In this document: positions 38,985 to 51,073 of the stretch, one piece after another | How positions within the stretch are numbered: the first letter of the stretch is position 1 | How the letters are laid out: each line of letters starts with the position of its first letter | Source: Sarea resinae | Lineage: Eukaryota | DNA: 64,000 nt | Reading direction: 5' to 3' | Assembly (NCBI GenBank): GCA_026026165.1 | Contig: JAPEUD010000050.1 | Coordinates: forward strand, 1-64,000 | Translations under genes and position numbers: made by a program | The notes under the pieces: generated by a model | Seen by the model: the letters and a program-made list of their open reading frames with translations, nothing else | The model's database searches: none | Told to the model about the DNA's origin: nothing

Positions 38985-39518
38985 GAAAGATATCTGGATG
39001 GGCGGGATCCATCCGCCCGAAGTCGGCACTTCTTGAGATGGGATGTTTCGGGAGATCTTTCTCTTTCTTTTGGTAGGTATGTCTAGAGAGGTAGAAGAAA
39101 GAAGCAAGCAAGCAAGCAAGCAAGAAAGAAGCAAGAGGTAAGAAAGAAGGCCCAAGGAATCGAAGGCGCAGGGGAGATCGCGCTAGCTGGACCGCAGTAC
39201 GCTGTATCTATCCATGTACGCAGTATCTATATCTATATCTACATCTCAACATATCTACATCTAAACATGTCTATATACACTTCCTCTCTCTCTCTCTCTC
39301 CCTTCCTCCCTTCATTTCTTTGACTATGTAAGAAGTAAAAAGTAAAAAGTAAGAAGTAAGAGGAAGAGTAGTAGTTGGAACAGAATAGAATCAAACAAAG
39401 AACAGAATGGCGGAGAGGGGGAGGAAAGAGAAGAATGCGAGGAGAAAGGAGGGGTTCATGCGTTAGATTTCCCTCATTAGTATTTTCTAATATCTCGAGT
39501 CTATCGGACTATACTATA

Positions 39519-41141
39519 CTATGTATGCGAAGAAGACGGACAGCCGGACAGACGCCACGCCCTCACGGCGCCATCGTCGCCTGTCGTGAGGATGATTTCT
39601 TCTTCCTCTTCTTCCTCTTCTTCTTCCCCATTGTCATGTCCTTCCGCCTCACCTGTCTCTTCCGCTTCCCCTTTCTCTCGCGCAGGACCGTCCTCGTTTC
39701 TTCGTCCGTCAAGACGACGACCACGGGGCAAGGTGGCCCAGCACACGTGGTTCAGCTCGAAGACGCCGTGCGCGTTTTCCAGGCTGCAGAGGACCTGCCA
39801 TGAGGTTTTGCCTGGGCCCGTGCTGGTGGTAGTAGCGGCTTCGGCTTCAGCTTGGTTCCGATCGTGTCCGTATTGTGCCTCTCCGTCTGCGTCTGCATCT
39901 GCATCTGCCTTCCCCTCTGCCTGTCCCTCTACCTGTCGTTCTCCATGCTCTAGTGTCTCCTGATCCTGCGTCCTATCGCCGCTGGCCAAAACCTGCTCCT
40001 CGTACACCACCAGCCTGCCGTCCCCGCCGGCCGACACAACCCGTCCGGACCGCTTGCTCCACGCCACCGAGTAGATGGCTCGGTCGTGCTGCGCCGGGAG
40101 CACGCACTCCTGGATCCAGTCCTCGTCGGGCGACGACGGCCGAATGATCGACGGCATGCGACCCTGGCCGGTGGGCGGGGGCGCGTGCGAGGCGTAGGGG
40201 TTGGAGGGCACGGGCTTGGAGAGACGGCGCCAGATGCGGATGGTGCGGTCGTCCGAGGACGAAATGAGACGCGGGTCGTGCGGATGCAGTAATGGTCGTG
40301 CCTTGTCTGCTAGGTTCTTGAGAGGCGGTGATGAAAACACTGGATTGTCGTGCGGTTCGAAGTCGACCGCCCAGACAGTGGATTCGTGCCCCTTGAGTAC
40401 CGTCACGCAGCCCCAGTCATCGACATCCTCCCTCCACAACCGGATCGTGTCGTCGTAGCTCGCGCTCGCCAGTAGCTCCTCCGTGGGGTGCCACACCACG
40501 CATTTGACATCGGCGTCGTGGTCCTGCAGCACGGCCACGGTTTCGAATTCGTCCGACGCCGCGTCGATCTCCTCCCAGATCCAGACCGACTTGTCGCGCG
40601 AGCAGGTGGCGAGCAGCGAGCCCGAGGCCGACCACGCCACCGACTTTATCTCCGAGTCGTGGCCGTCCAGGACGATGGAGAACCGAAAGCCTTCTTCTCC
40701 ATCCTCATCCTCTTCCTCTTCCTCATTGTTTCCCATATCGTGCGTAGACTCTCCATTGACGACGGAGTTTTCTCCTCCCAAGCCTAACCCCCCGCCTGCT
40801 GCATCATCCCATCGTTTCCATATCCCCGCACTTGCATCGAAACTCCCCGTCGCGAGCACGCTCTCACCCTTGGTGCCCGGTTTCCAGGCCACGGCGCGAA
40901 CGCTGCGCTTGTGGCCACCTGCAATGGTGCTGACGAGGTTGAAGGTCGCGAGTGAGTAGATGCGGACCGTCTTGTCGGAGCAAGCGGTCGCGACAAGCGG
41001 GAGGTAGGGATGCGGTGCGCTTTGCCAGGCGCGGGTTGATGCGGACGGGGTAAGGGCGGAGATGAGGTTGAGTGCATGTGTTGTTTTGGTATCTGCTGAG
41101 TCTGTGCGCGTAACTGTGTCTTCAGCCATTGCGTCGGCCAT
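39519..41141 (-). CDS. CIA1: Cytosolic iron-sulfur protein assembly WD40 protein Cia1
   Basis: Intronless 540-aa ORF with GHKRSVRAVAW, LATGSFD, LDGHDSEIKSVAWSASGSLLATCSRDKSVWIWE, HDADVKCVVWHP, LASASYDDTIRLW and AHGVFELNHVCW. Confidence 0.95.
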   Translation of the reverse strand: MADAMAEDTVTRTDSADTKTTHALNLISALTPSASTRAWQSAPHPYLPLVATACSDKTVRIYSLATFNLVSTIAGGHKRSVRAVAWKPGTKGESVLATGSFDASAGIWKRWDDAAGGGLGLGGENSVVNGESTHDMGNNEEEEEDEDGEEGFRFSIVLDGHDSEIKSVAWSASGSLLATCSRDKSVWIWEEIDAASDEFETVAVLQDHDADVKCVVWHPTEELLASASYDDTIRLWREDVDDWGCVTVLKGHESTVWAVDFEPHDNPVFSSPPLKNLADKARPLLHPHDPRLISSSDDRTIRIWRRLSKPVPSNPYASHAPPPTGQGRMPSIIRPSSPDEDWIQECVLPAQHDRAIYSVAWSKRSGRVVSAGGDGRLVVYEEQVLASGDRTQDQETLEHGERQVEGQAEGKADADADADGEAQYGHDRNQAEAEAATTTSTGPGKTSWQVLCSLENAHGVFELNHVCWATLPRGRRLDGRRNEDGPAREKGEAEETGEAEGHDNGEEEEEEEEEEIILTTGDDGAVRAWRLSGCPSSSHT

Positions 41142-42141
41142 TGTGACGAGAGAGGGAGGTGAGGCTGCGTTAAGCAGGCGTGAGAGCCGTCAAGGCGTGC
41201 CCCGCAGTGGGGTTTAGTGTCGTCCTGCCGTCCAAAGTAGAGACGCGTTTAAGATCTTCCTGAACGGATTTAGGATAGATCTGACAATGGTAGATGTCTA
41301 GATGTGAAAGAAAGCGATTGCCGTCGACGAGTGGAAAAAAGAGGAGTGCTTGCAGAGTTGGGCGTAGGCATACCATCCAAGTAAATAATCCCACCTTTTT
41401 TCGCCGTGATATCATCTGCCACCCACGCCTCACTCGGCCGCCGTACTCACTCGTATACGGTGGCCAACAAACCCCGACCTCACTCATATTACATAAGCCC
41501 TTTCTCCGAAAATCTCCGCCGCCAGCTTCCTCATCAACCATCCCCACCTCCCTCCCATCATTCCGCCCTCACACACAGCCGCCTCCAGACCGCTCGAAGA
41601 TAAGAAAGATCTCAATGCCAGACACTTGTACGACCTACCTACCCTACTCTGCCTCCCTTGTCCCTCTATGCGCTTCTCTATACACACCACATGCATGCAT
41701 ACAGAAACGTTCTCTGCCCCTACGATATCAAAGTCGTTTGCTTCCATTCAAGCACCTAGCCTAGTCATGAAATCCGTATGCGTGCGGGGCCAATCGAACG
41801 GACAAAAAGTCTTGGAGCGAGCAATTGATATCTATCGCAGCAGCAGCAGCAGCAACGAAAGAGATAAGACAAGGATGATGTTTTGCTTTGAAATGCTTCC
41901 TACGCCTTTGTTCTTTACCAAATGAGTTCCCTTGCCTACCGGTCCCCCCTCCCCACCGCCGGGCAAGTATAAAGATCAGAGGGAGAAAACTGACAGAAAA
42001 AGAAAAGGCCATGAGTTAAGAAAGCACAGGCTATGAATATTCTGTTGCTTTTATAGTCCTGTCCTAGTAGTGTGATCGGGTATGTTTATAAGCTCGCGGC
42101 ACATAGCGAAGCTGGTGTCAGTCAGCAGCCACGTCGGGCAA

Positions 42142-42178
<37 letters not shown>

Positions 42179-42840
42179 GAAGCCGCCAGCAATGCCAAGA
42201 GAAGAATTCCAGATCATCTACCAGGCAAGCTCATAGGCCGCACAAGGCCGAATTGATGGTCCCGTCAACAATCATGCTGATTCTCATAACCTACCCATAT
42301 ATCCCACTCTTTCACTGACAATTCTCACTCTCCTTCTCATTTGGTGATCTGATTTTTTCTACCTGCCAATAAGCTAGCTATCTAATGCCCCTCCCCTTGC
42401 CCGCAGGTGTATGGTGAGAAGGAGAACACACAACAAGAGCTCTCGACGAGACTGGTACAATATCCCTGAACCGAAAACGCCATGCGACCTTTTGGTTCCA
42501 TGCTCCATAAGTACACGCGCGCACGCTCGCTTTACTGACAACGCTGGGGCAGGCCAGCTGAAAATATTGAAGAAAGAAAAACGCTCTTGTTATACAACAG
42601 AGAGTTGGACGGATAGCCAACCCGGAAAAATGATTGAAAAAACTATCCTTCCTGTTTTTTGTCATGCAAAAAGTAGAGTGAACAAGCGTTTTCTCTCCTG
42701 GTTTTGTCATGCAAAAAAAGAGATGAACGACGAAGTGCTGTCGTCTCCAGAATAAGAGAGCTGAACGAGATTCACAAGCCAACCAGGACCGTGCAACAAC
42801 ACGCCCGGCTGAGCATTGACGAACAAGGACGGTTAAGATC

Positions 42841-45449
42841 CTATCTGCGCCTTCCGCCCCATTTCGCTAGCGTGACACTCCAAAGGTCGTCGACGAACGT
42901 TGGTATCTCTTCGGGCTCGACGCCTGCTTCGCCTTGCGTTCCCATGGTCGTCATCTCGACATCCAAGTCTCCTCGGCTGCCTCTCGAGCTCACGTCCACT
43001 GTGACTTCTTGACTGACCATGATACCCCCAAACGGACGAGACACAGACGACGTGACCAGGCCTTTCTCAGATGACGACTCTGGCTTGACACGGACACTGG
43101 AAGTCCTGGAACCCGGGTTAGAGAAGGGCCAGAATGAAACACCACGAGTGGGAGATGGATACGAAGTAGTCTGCAAGCTGCTCCTCTCGGACCCCGATTT
43201 CTTATGGTCCACAACGGGAGCAAACTCTCGATGGATCTGGCGAGAAAAGATCTCGTGGTCTATCGAATGTGCATAGCAGTGCTGTTGGCATTGGAACAGA
43301 GTAAGGGGAGTATACGCCATTCTCCCTAGGGGGGCAGACTTCGCCGACAGATGCGCTTCAGCTATGTAGAAGACGATCAGTGTCGCTTGATCGGGCATCA
43401 TGTCTTCTCTGAAATTTCGGCACGGCGCCTGGATGGGTCTGGACAAGAGCGTAGCGTTCATGAAGAGCGGGTCGTTGATCTCTCTCGCGAGCGCGGCTAT
43501 ATGGTCATAGAGCTGCCTTGCAAAGGTGGGATATTTATGGTATTTTGTGATTGACCTATTGCGGAGGAAATCAAGACAGAGATGAACCGAGAAACCATTC
43601 ATCTGTGCGAGAAACTCCATATGCCACAAATCAAGGCTTGCCAGAGGGAGTGTGGTGGTTGGAATCAAGTTGGTGGCATCTTTGCGGACCAGGATTTCGA
43701 ATGTCTTCGTGCGCAGCGGGCGCAGAGCGAAGCAGGCCAAATGGACTCCCTGTTCGAGAATTCGAGGCGCCTCGGAATACTCGCGCATACCGTCAATGCG
43801 CTTGAGCAAGTCCTCCCGAGTGACTTGCATGCTTCTGGCGAGAATGTCAACGACATTGTGAACAGCCGCGAACCGAAACCCTGACGCCTGAAGTCGGGCC
43901 GTTTCAGTCCTCGAAGCTCGACGGACAACGAAGAGGAGTTGACCTCGTCCAAATAGGATCGGTGGCCCTCGTTCGAGATCAAGAGATGGGGTGCTCGAGC
44001 CGCTCCTCAGTCGGCCCTTGTTTATATACCGGCCATGAGTTGTGGTTCCAGTCACCATAATCTCATCATAAAGTACTCCAATGTTTTCCAATGGCTCCTT
44101 GATAGTCTCCGCCAATTCCGAAGCAGCGACGCAAAAGAGCTCCCGGATGATGATTGAATAATCTTCGATGCCCTCCATTGCTTCCGCGTCGGGCGAATGA
44201 TCGGAAGTTCCTGGTCGAGAACTCTTGAGTGCAGATGACGCTTGGAGATGGGCTCGCATGCCGGGAATGAGTTCGGCGACACCGCTCCAATTTCGAGTGA
44301 CTCGGAAGATCCAAAGAAAGACAGGATGGGCGACACTGAAGACATCGTCCAAGGACTGCGAAAATCGTCAGCAATACGTCGAGAAATTCAGCCTCGTTTA
44401 CCTACCCGTTCAAGAAATGTATTGGTGATTTTATGGCTCGGTAAAAGTCCCTCGGGGGTAACCATCAGTCTTCCTTCAGGATCGAAAGTTGCGCAGGCCA
44501 AGACCATCTGCTGCGCTCTATGAGCAGACTTGGTTCTCCGCCTCTGCGCCAAGCCAGCGGAACCCAAAAGAATGACGCTTGAAGCGAGTGCCTATCGTGC
44601 GGTCAGCTTAGCATATATACCGGATGACCAGGGTGGCAGCCCACCAGAACCACCACTACAATCACGGTCTGCGAACTCGAGATCCTATCCTGGATATGGC
44701 CTGTGCGCTTGAGTCGGTACTGAGTGCCTACCGATGCGACCCAATGCATGCCGGACACGGCAGTTGCGAGAATACTGGCACACACCACGCGCTTCCACCA
44801 GACGTTGGTCCATGCGGCCCTCAAGACAAAAAAAATACTCAATGCCGCACTACTCGCCAGCACCGCAATGATCGCCGCTCCCATGACAAATGGCCACTGG
44901 TACTCGCAATGGTAGTTGGCGATCCCCTGCTGGCCCGTGTAATGCATACCACAGATGGCGGCGCCGGTGACGAACCCGCAGCAAATCAGGCGCAACTTGA
45001 CGACCTTTTCGTTGACCCCCACAAGCCAGAAGGCCACGGGCAGGACGACGATTGGAAGAAAGAACGAGGCCGCTGTATATCCGGAGCTGTAGGCTATCTG
45101 AAGTTCTGATTCACCATTTCCGAGAACGATGGCACGATTGCCGATAAAATGCATGCTCCATATGGCGATGCTACCCATTGCGACAGAAGAACCACCCAGA
45201 AGGAACCTATGCCCAGTCTTGTCAGTCCGGGTCATCTTTCGGTGTTGGCTATTTTCATGGCCGAAGACTCAAATGGTTTAGATGAACGCACCAATTGTAC
45301 AGGCCTTTCCCTGAGGTCAATCTAGCGAGGAGCTCCACGGTCGTCCATGATCCGATATAGCTGACCAGATACGACATAAATACGAGCCATGGCTTAAACG
45401 ATCGCGGCACGATATGGCCCTCATAGGAGGCAAGATCTGATACATTCAT
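42841..45449 (-). CDS. MHYT-domain integral membrane sensor protein with a long cytoplasmic C-terminal region; 4 exons
   Basis: N-terminal multi-TM region with MSYLVSYIGSWTTVEL and three MHYT-type motifs (AIWSMHFIG, AICGMHYTG, AVSGMHWVA). GT-AG introns join it in frame to the 503-aa ORF at 42841-44352. Confidence 0.9.
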
Positions 45450-48400
45450 TTTCCGTGTTGACGATCAAGAGGACTTTGTCGCAGAAAGGTCTCTTGTCAG
45501 AGGATGATGCGTAAGGCGGAGAGAGGCATCCAGTACTTGAACTGAGTCTCAAGCAGTGAATGTGGTTGGCTGGTGGGTGGTGAAGCGCAGTCGTTCGTCT
45601 TGCGCAGAGAAGCCTCTCCCTAAAATGCAGAACAACCAGTCAGCGGCGTCGAGCGCTGACAGCAGCCTCGGCACCTCGCTCGTACTCGTTACTCGATCGA
45701 AAATCCGTCCCTTGCTTTGGCGGCATGCACTCTGCTGAGACCAAAAAGGGTAGTGAGGCCGAGGGTGCTGACCCCGCCAACATAAGACGAAGCTTAGGGC
45801 ACGGGGATGGAGGGTTTTGGCAGCGGGGCGTAAGAAGGTAAATTGTCGACGTGACGAGGCTTGGCCGGTGCATACGAAGGTAAGGTGGTGAAGTGAGTTT
45901 GGCTTCGGCAGACGAGCAATCGTTGGGGTGATGTGCGTGGTGGTTGTTCAGACTGGAATGACAACGATCTCCTTGTCTGCGCTTCACGTCGCGTCTTGCG
46001 CGCACGAAGGTGATGGGATCAAGTGTTCACTGGTGGGAGAGCAAAGTATCCTGCTTCGGGCGTGTGCGATAATGTCATCATGTCTCACGAATAGATCTCT
46101 CAGTATCTGGCAATTGGCCGCAGGTCGAGGGCATCTGTCCTGCCAGGCCGACTTAATAGAGCTGGTAGTAGCTGTACTCAACGGTGGGAGGGTATGACTA
46201 CAGCTGCTGCTGCTCCTGCTGGTGCTGGTCGTCGCAAGTCGCGATAAGAATGGAATAACACAAAATCATCATCACAATCATAATCATAATCATGCCGCGT
46301 TTCGAGAGAAGTGAGGAGGTTCAGTCGTCCAGGTCGAGGCAGAGGCAGAGGCAGAGGCAGAGGTAGCGCCGCAGGGACAGACATCCACATCCACGATCTC
46401 GATGACCAAAGGGATTTAGGGATTTAGGGACTTGGGGAGTTAAGGGTTTCTTTGTTGTACCACGACGCCCGGAGCGAGGCTGCAGGCCGAATTGGATTTA
46501 GATTTACCGGGTTGGCCATATCACAATATCATCATCGACCGCGACGAAAGGCTCCCCACTACCTGTGACCTCTGTGACCTACCTAGTACCTACCGACCTG
46601 GCCTCTTCGTACGTGGTACGTGCAAGGCAGCGTTCAATCCACAGATGATGCATTGATAGCCTCGCTGCCTACTCCGTCGATACCACGTAGACGACTGACC
46701 TCGATGACGATGGATCGCATGGCCACTAGATGCTGCTGCACTGGTCGGTAGAGGGCGCGACAGCTGAAGCGAAGGCGAAGGCGAAGGCGAAGGCCAAGGC
46801 CAAGGGAGTGGTCGCACACATACACACATACACACATCACACATATCACAAGAGGTGGTGCGCTTAGGCGGTTCACCGTCGAGGCTTGGATGGGGCCACT
46901 CTCATTGGCCTCGCAAGCTCTGCTCTTCTCTGCTCTCTCGGCCGAGTACTCTGCTCTGCCGGTGCCGGATGAAGAATGGGGAACGCCACGCAACGTCTCA
47001 CAGAGCAGAGAGAAGTTTCGTTTGCAGACGGCATTGCATCCATTTGATGAGCCATGAGTGTTGGCAAATATCACGTACGAAGCATGCCCGGTACGAAGAA
47101 GGTACACATGCTGATGCTGTAAGGTGGGCGATCATCTCGATGATCGGCAGCTTGTCCACGGTTATCCGTGGTGTGCTCAGCTCAGGTACGAAAGAGGGAA
47201 GCAGATGTAGCCAAGGGAGACTAAGCAGGTAGGGGGGGCACAATTGCATTACAGTCCGAGTCTTGCGTCTCCAGTGGAGGTTGACCTCCCAGGTCTCCTT
47301 AGAGGTCAATGCAAGGTCGAAATACGAGTAAACTACCCGGACACTGCCGCCGGTCAGCCTTGCCATTCTTGTCATTCTTGCCGTCTCGACGGTTGACCGT
47401 GCGCCATCTACATCGTAGCCGTGTCGAGGTGTCGAGGTGTCGAGACTCGGCATCTCTCCGTGACCTGCGAGTACCTGACATGATCGCCAGCCCGTGCAGA
47501 GCGCCAGGCAATGGGATCAAATCCACCTCAGTCCATGGCCTCATTCGTGCGAGGGCAAAGGAAAGCTCGACTTCCAGTGCAGCCCAGCTCGCGTAGTCCT
47601 CGAAGGCGCGCATCTGCTTGGCTCACGCCTCCCGGCATTCATTGCGGGCGTTCCCAGATGCGACCGATGGCTTGATTGGCTGACGCGAGGGATCTTGGAG
47701 GCGTCGTCGCCCTCTCCGTTCGTGGTCCCTGTTCGCTGGCCCTCCATTTGGTGCGACCGTGCTCGGCTGAGGGCAGGCAGCTGGAGGTCGACAGGTCAAT
47801 CTTCCTCGGTGGCCGGCGCACCGCGGCTACCTATATGTTCAGCATGAAAGAAGAGCGCCGTCGAGGTTGAGACTCGATGCTCGATGCTCGATGCTCCTGT
47901 GCCAACCCAATCCAACATGCCCTGCCCGTCATATCTTGACGCCTTGACTTCGTGCGCACTGCGGGGCGCCTTGAAGACAGTGGAGAGGTGTCGTGGGTTG
48001 GTAGACAGCCATGTCAAAAGCAGGGTCGGGGCCCTTCTACTACTCTATGTATCGAGCACGGAGTGCTGCACGGATCAATTCTTCTCAGAACTGCCCACTG
48101 TGTATGAATGTAGCCAGCGAGTCGAACCTTGATCATTTCCGCCAAATACAAATACACTACATGCGGATGCCTGCGAAGATCAGTGACTGGGGCTGTGAGA
48201 TTGACGCAGGATGGCACAGGCCACCCGGCGCCGCCGCTCGAAGAGAAGACGAAGGACTCGGCGGGAAGTGGTATTGCTTGCTTCGATGATGGGAGAGGGG
48301 ACGGGCCCAGGAGGGCATTCGTGCCAAATACTCAAGTCCCAAACCGTCCAATGCTCCGAAAGGGCGCAGCGATTAGCGAGCCAACCTCGGGCATGTCCAC

Positions 48401-50057
48401 GGATGGCTTGCGGACACCAACTCGGTTCGGTCAAGCGTCTGGCTCTCCACCGAACGTCATCTGAGAGACGTGAGCCAGACAGCTGGACGTGGTTGAGGTG
48501 GTCATGTACGGTATTCTTGGTGCGACAGTGCATGCCGTCAAATAGGAGAAGCATATGAGAAGCAATGGATATGAGAAGCATAATCCCGTATCGCCGTTCA
48601 GATCAATTGATCTGTCATTGCAGTACAAGTGCCAACGCCGTGCCGACGCCCTCTTTCTCTGTACAAGATCAGGAGGGGAGCGCCCCTCCAAACGGTCGAG
48701 ATTCCTCTCCATTGTGCTATTCACCAACATTGCATCAGTATCCATCCAGCCTTTTCCAACCTTCTTCTTCGCATATAGACTTTGCCTTCCCCCACAGCGC
48801 CACTGGTTTTCCGTTGACAAGTGGAGCAGATGACTGACACAATTACCTAATCAACACAACTCTTCCCTCCCCTCGAGATATCTGCATCTGCATTACAGAC
48901 AGAGAGTGACATTAAGTGCCCATATCTCAGGTAGGTGTTGATTTGGGCAATTCAACGGAACTTCGTCTGAATGTAGATAATAGCAAGTGAAGGGCAGAAT
49001 ACTTAACTTGCGAGATCACGATGTAGAGTTTGAGGTTAGTCTCGAAGAGAGCGGTGCGCTTGAATCGCACGGACCTCACTGCTGCCTTCCATCTCAGCCA
49101 TCACGGCCGACCTACCGCAGTAAGCGTTCATTGGATGTCGCTATCGACATCGTTGGTATGGTCGCCGTCGCATCAGATCTGTCTGTCCCAGCGCGAAGGT
49201 ACTGCTAGCTAAGGCAAGGTCATGAATGGTGCGCTCCACTTCAGCGGGCTTCAGTGTGTCGCACAGCTCCAAGCTGTCGGGGCCGGATGGTGGGGCTTCC
49301 GGAGAACGAATTCATGCTGGTGATAAAATTGTGTTCTGTTGGTTGTGGTCAAAGATATGAAAGGTAGAATTCTAGATCAAGGGCCGTGATCGTTCCGTTG
49401 CCGATGCAGAAAAAGCTTCAGATGGATCTCATGGATCTTTGTTGTCGTTGGCGCCCCGTTCGTTAGAGTTGCGTTCCATCTTCTTTGTTCGGTGGATGAT
49501 ACGGAGTAGACGCCTATCTGAGGTGCTGAGATAGTGCAGAAGCCCCCGCAAGGGTGGCGGGCGCCTTTTGTGAGCCCTAGGAGGGTCGGGTCGGATCTGA
49601 GATCGGGAGACGTTTGAACGGGCTGTCGCATACCTAGTCGTGGTAGTGAAGTACAGCTTCACTCATAGTACAGCTTTCCTATCGGCATCCGAGGCCGCTA
49701 GGAACTGGCTACATCGATTAGCTTACTCGTCATCATATCTCCATTTTGGAACCGTGCGGTAATGTGGTTAGGATATGTCGCTGTTGACCGGTCCATGGAT
49801 CCACGCATTAAATTATATTCGGCATTGGAGAATCTTCATTCCGAGGCATGATAATCCTAGGTCTGGCCCGAGGTCGCTTCGAAGGCTTGAGGTCTGGAGG
49901 GTGGGCTGTTTGTGAGGCAGATCAAAATTACCCCACAGATAGAAGCGGCATGCTCGACGTTTTGGTATATCAATACATTAACATTAATTATCAGACTAAA
50001 ATGAAAGTCCCCGTTCCTGCGTGCGTGCACTCATCGAAAGATAGCAGCTAGGGTCCG

Positions 50058-51073
50058 TTAAAGTAGGCCAGGAATCACAGCCTTCTTGCTTCCAATCCTC
50101 TCCCTCCCAAATCGCTCGATGTACCACCGTCTGCCCTGTACAGCTCGTGGCAGCATAGTGCTGATTTCGTTCAGTAAGAAGTTTCGAGCAGGAACGCAGT
50201 CCAGTCCACCCACGATCCAAAACCCAGCCCACTCGATCCATTCGAAGAGATAATGTGGATACAGAATCCATCGAAACAGGGCACTCTCCGGGACCATGTA
50301 CACGTCCTGCACACTCTTGTCGTCCTCGCCCTTCTCGCCCTTCTCGTCCTTCTCTTGGGCTCGCTTCTTCTGCACGCGCGCAGCAGCTCTTCTAATCTCA
50401 CGTAGGTCGTCGTCGTGGAATATGTTGCCCATGAAGCCAATGGCCCAGATGCAAAGGCCGGCTTGGATCTCGTAGACACGTCCGGCCCAATCGTAGATAG
50501 TCACTGGACCGTACCCGGCGAGCCAGCCACCAATGCAAATCGCATTGACGAGCTGGAATCCTAGCGCGGCTAACCACACAGAAACGTGTATGGGGGCCAT
50601 ACTGGGATTTAGGAGAGGCGACAGTATGGAGCGATATAGATAGTGAATCGTCTGCAGCAGCCACCAAGTCAATAAATGCCAATTCGGAGGATCAGATGCG
50701 AAAAGAATTGGATGATGGGCCTTACAAATAACCCGGCCATCGTCCAGTTGGTAGGACCCAGAGACTCGAGACCGAGCTGGCGCGGAAGCGTGAACATGAT
50801 ATAAAGGAGCGTAATGAACCCCGGTGCTTCCATCGTGATCCAGCCAATTTTGCCAGGAATGTTGAATCGCGACTGAATCGACGTTTTACCCTGCGGGTAG
50901 AAGTCAAAGGACCATTGGTAGACGGTGAACAGTGGGAAGAATTGAAACATCCAGGTTAACCACTCCCAATTCTCCCGCGAGGGAGGGAGTACGTTCTGTA
51001 TGAGCGAGGGAGGGAGTACGTTCTGTATGAGCGAGGGAGGAAGCGCATTTTGAATATCCTGGATGAGAGCCAT
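50058..51073 (-). CDS. 3-oxo-5-alpha-steroid 4-dehydrogenase (steroid 5-alpha-reductase family); 2 exons
   Basis: Motifs YPQGKTS, GKIGWITMEAP, TIHYLYRS, GNIFHDDDLREIRR, LFRWILYPHYLFEWIEWAG, MLPRAVQGRRWY and KKAVIPGLL. Confidence 0.92.
50977..51057. repeat. 27-bp in-frame tandem repeat (two identical copies plus one diverged copy)
   Basis: GCGAGGGAGGGAGTACGTTCTGTATGA at 50977 and 51004, with a diverged copy from 51031. Encodes IQN(A/V)LPPS three times. Confidence 0.95.

Noticed and set aside
48100..48210. GAACCTTGATC and TGAGA fragments reminiscent of a TPP riboswitch
   Set aside because: The elements are in the wrong order, the conserved core is missing, and no thiamine gene is nearby.
50000..50015. 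GAAAGTCCCC resembling the RNase MRP CR-I motif
   Set aside because: No partner CR-V element is visible, and the downstream sequence is the antisense of a protein-coding exon.
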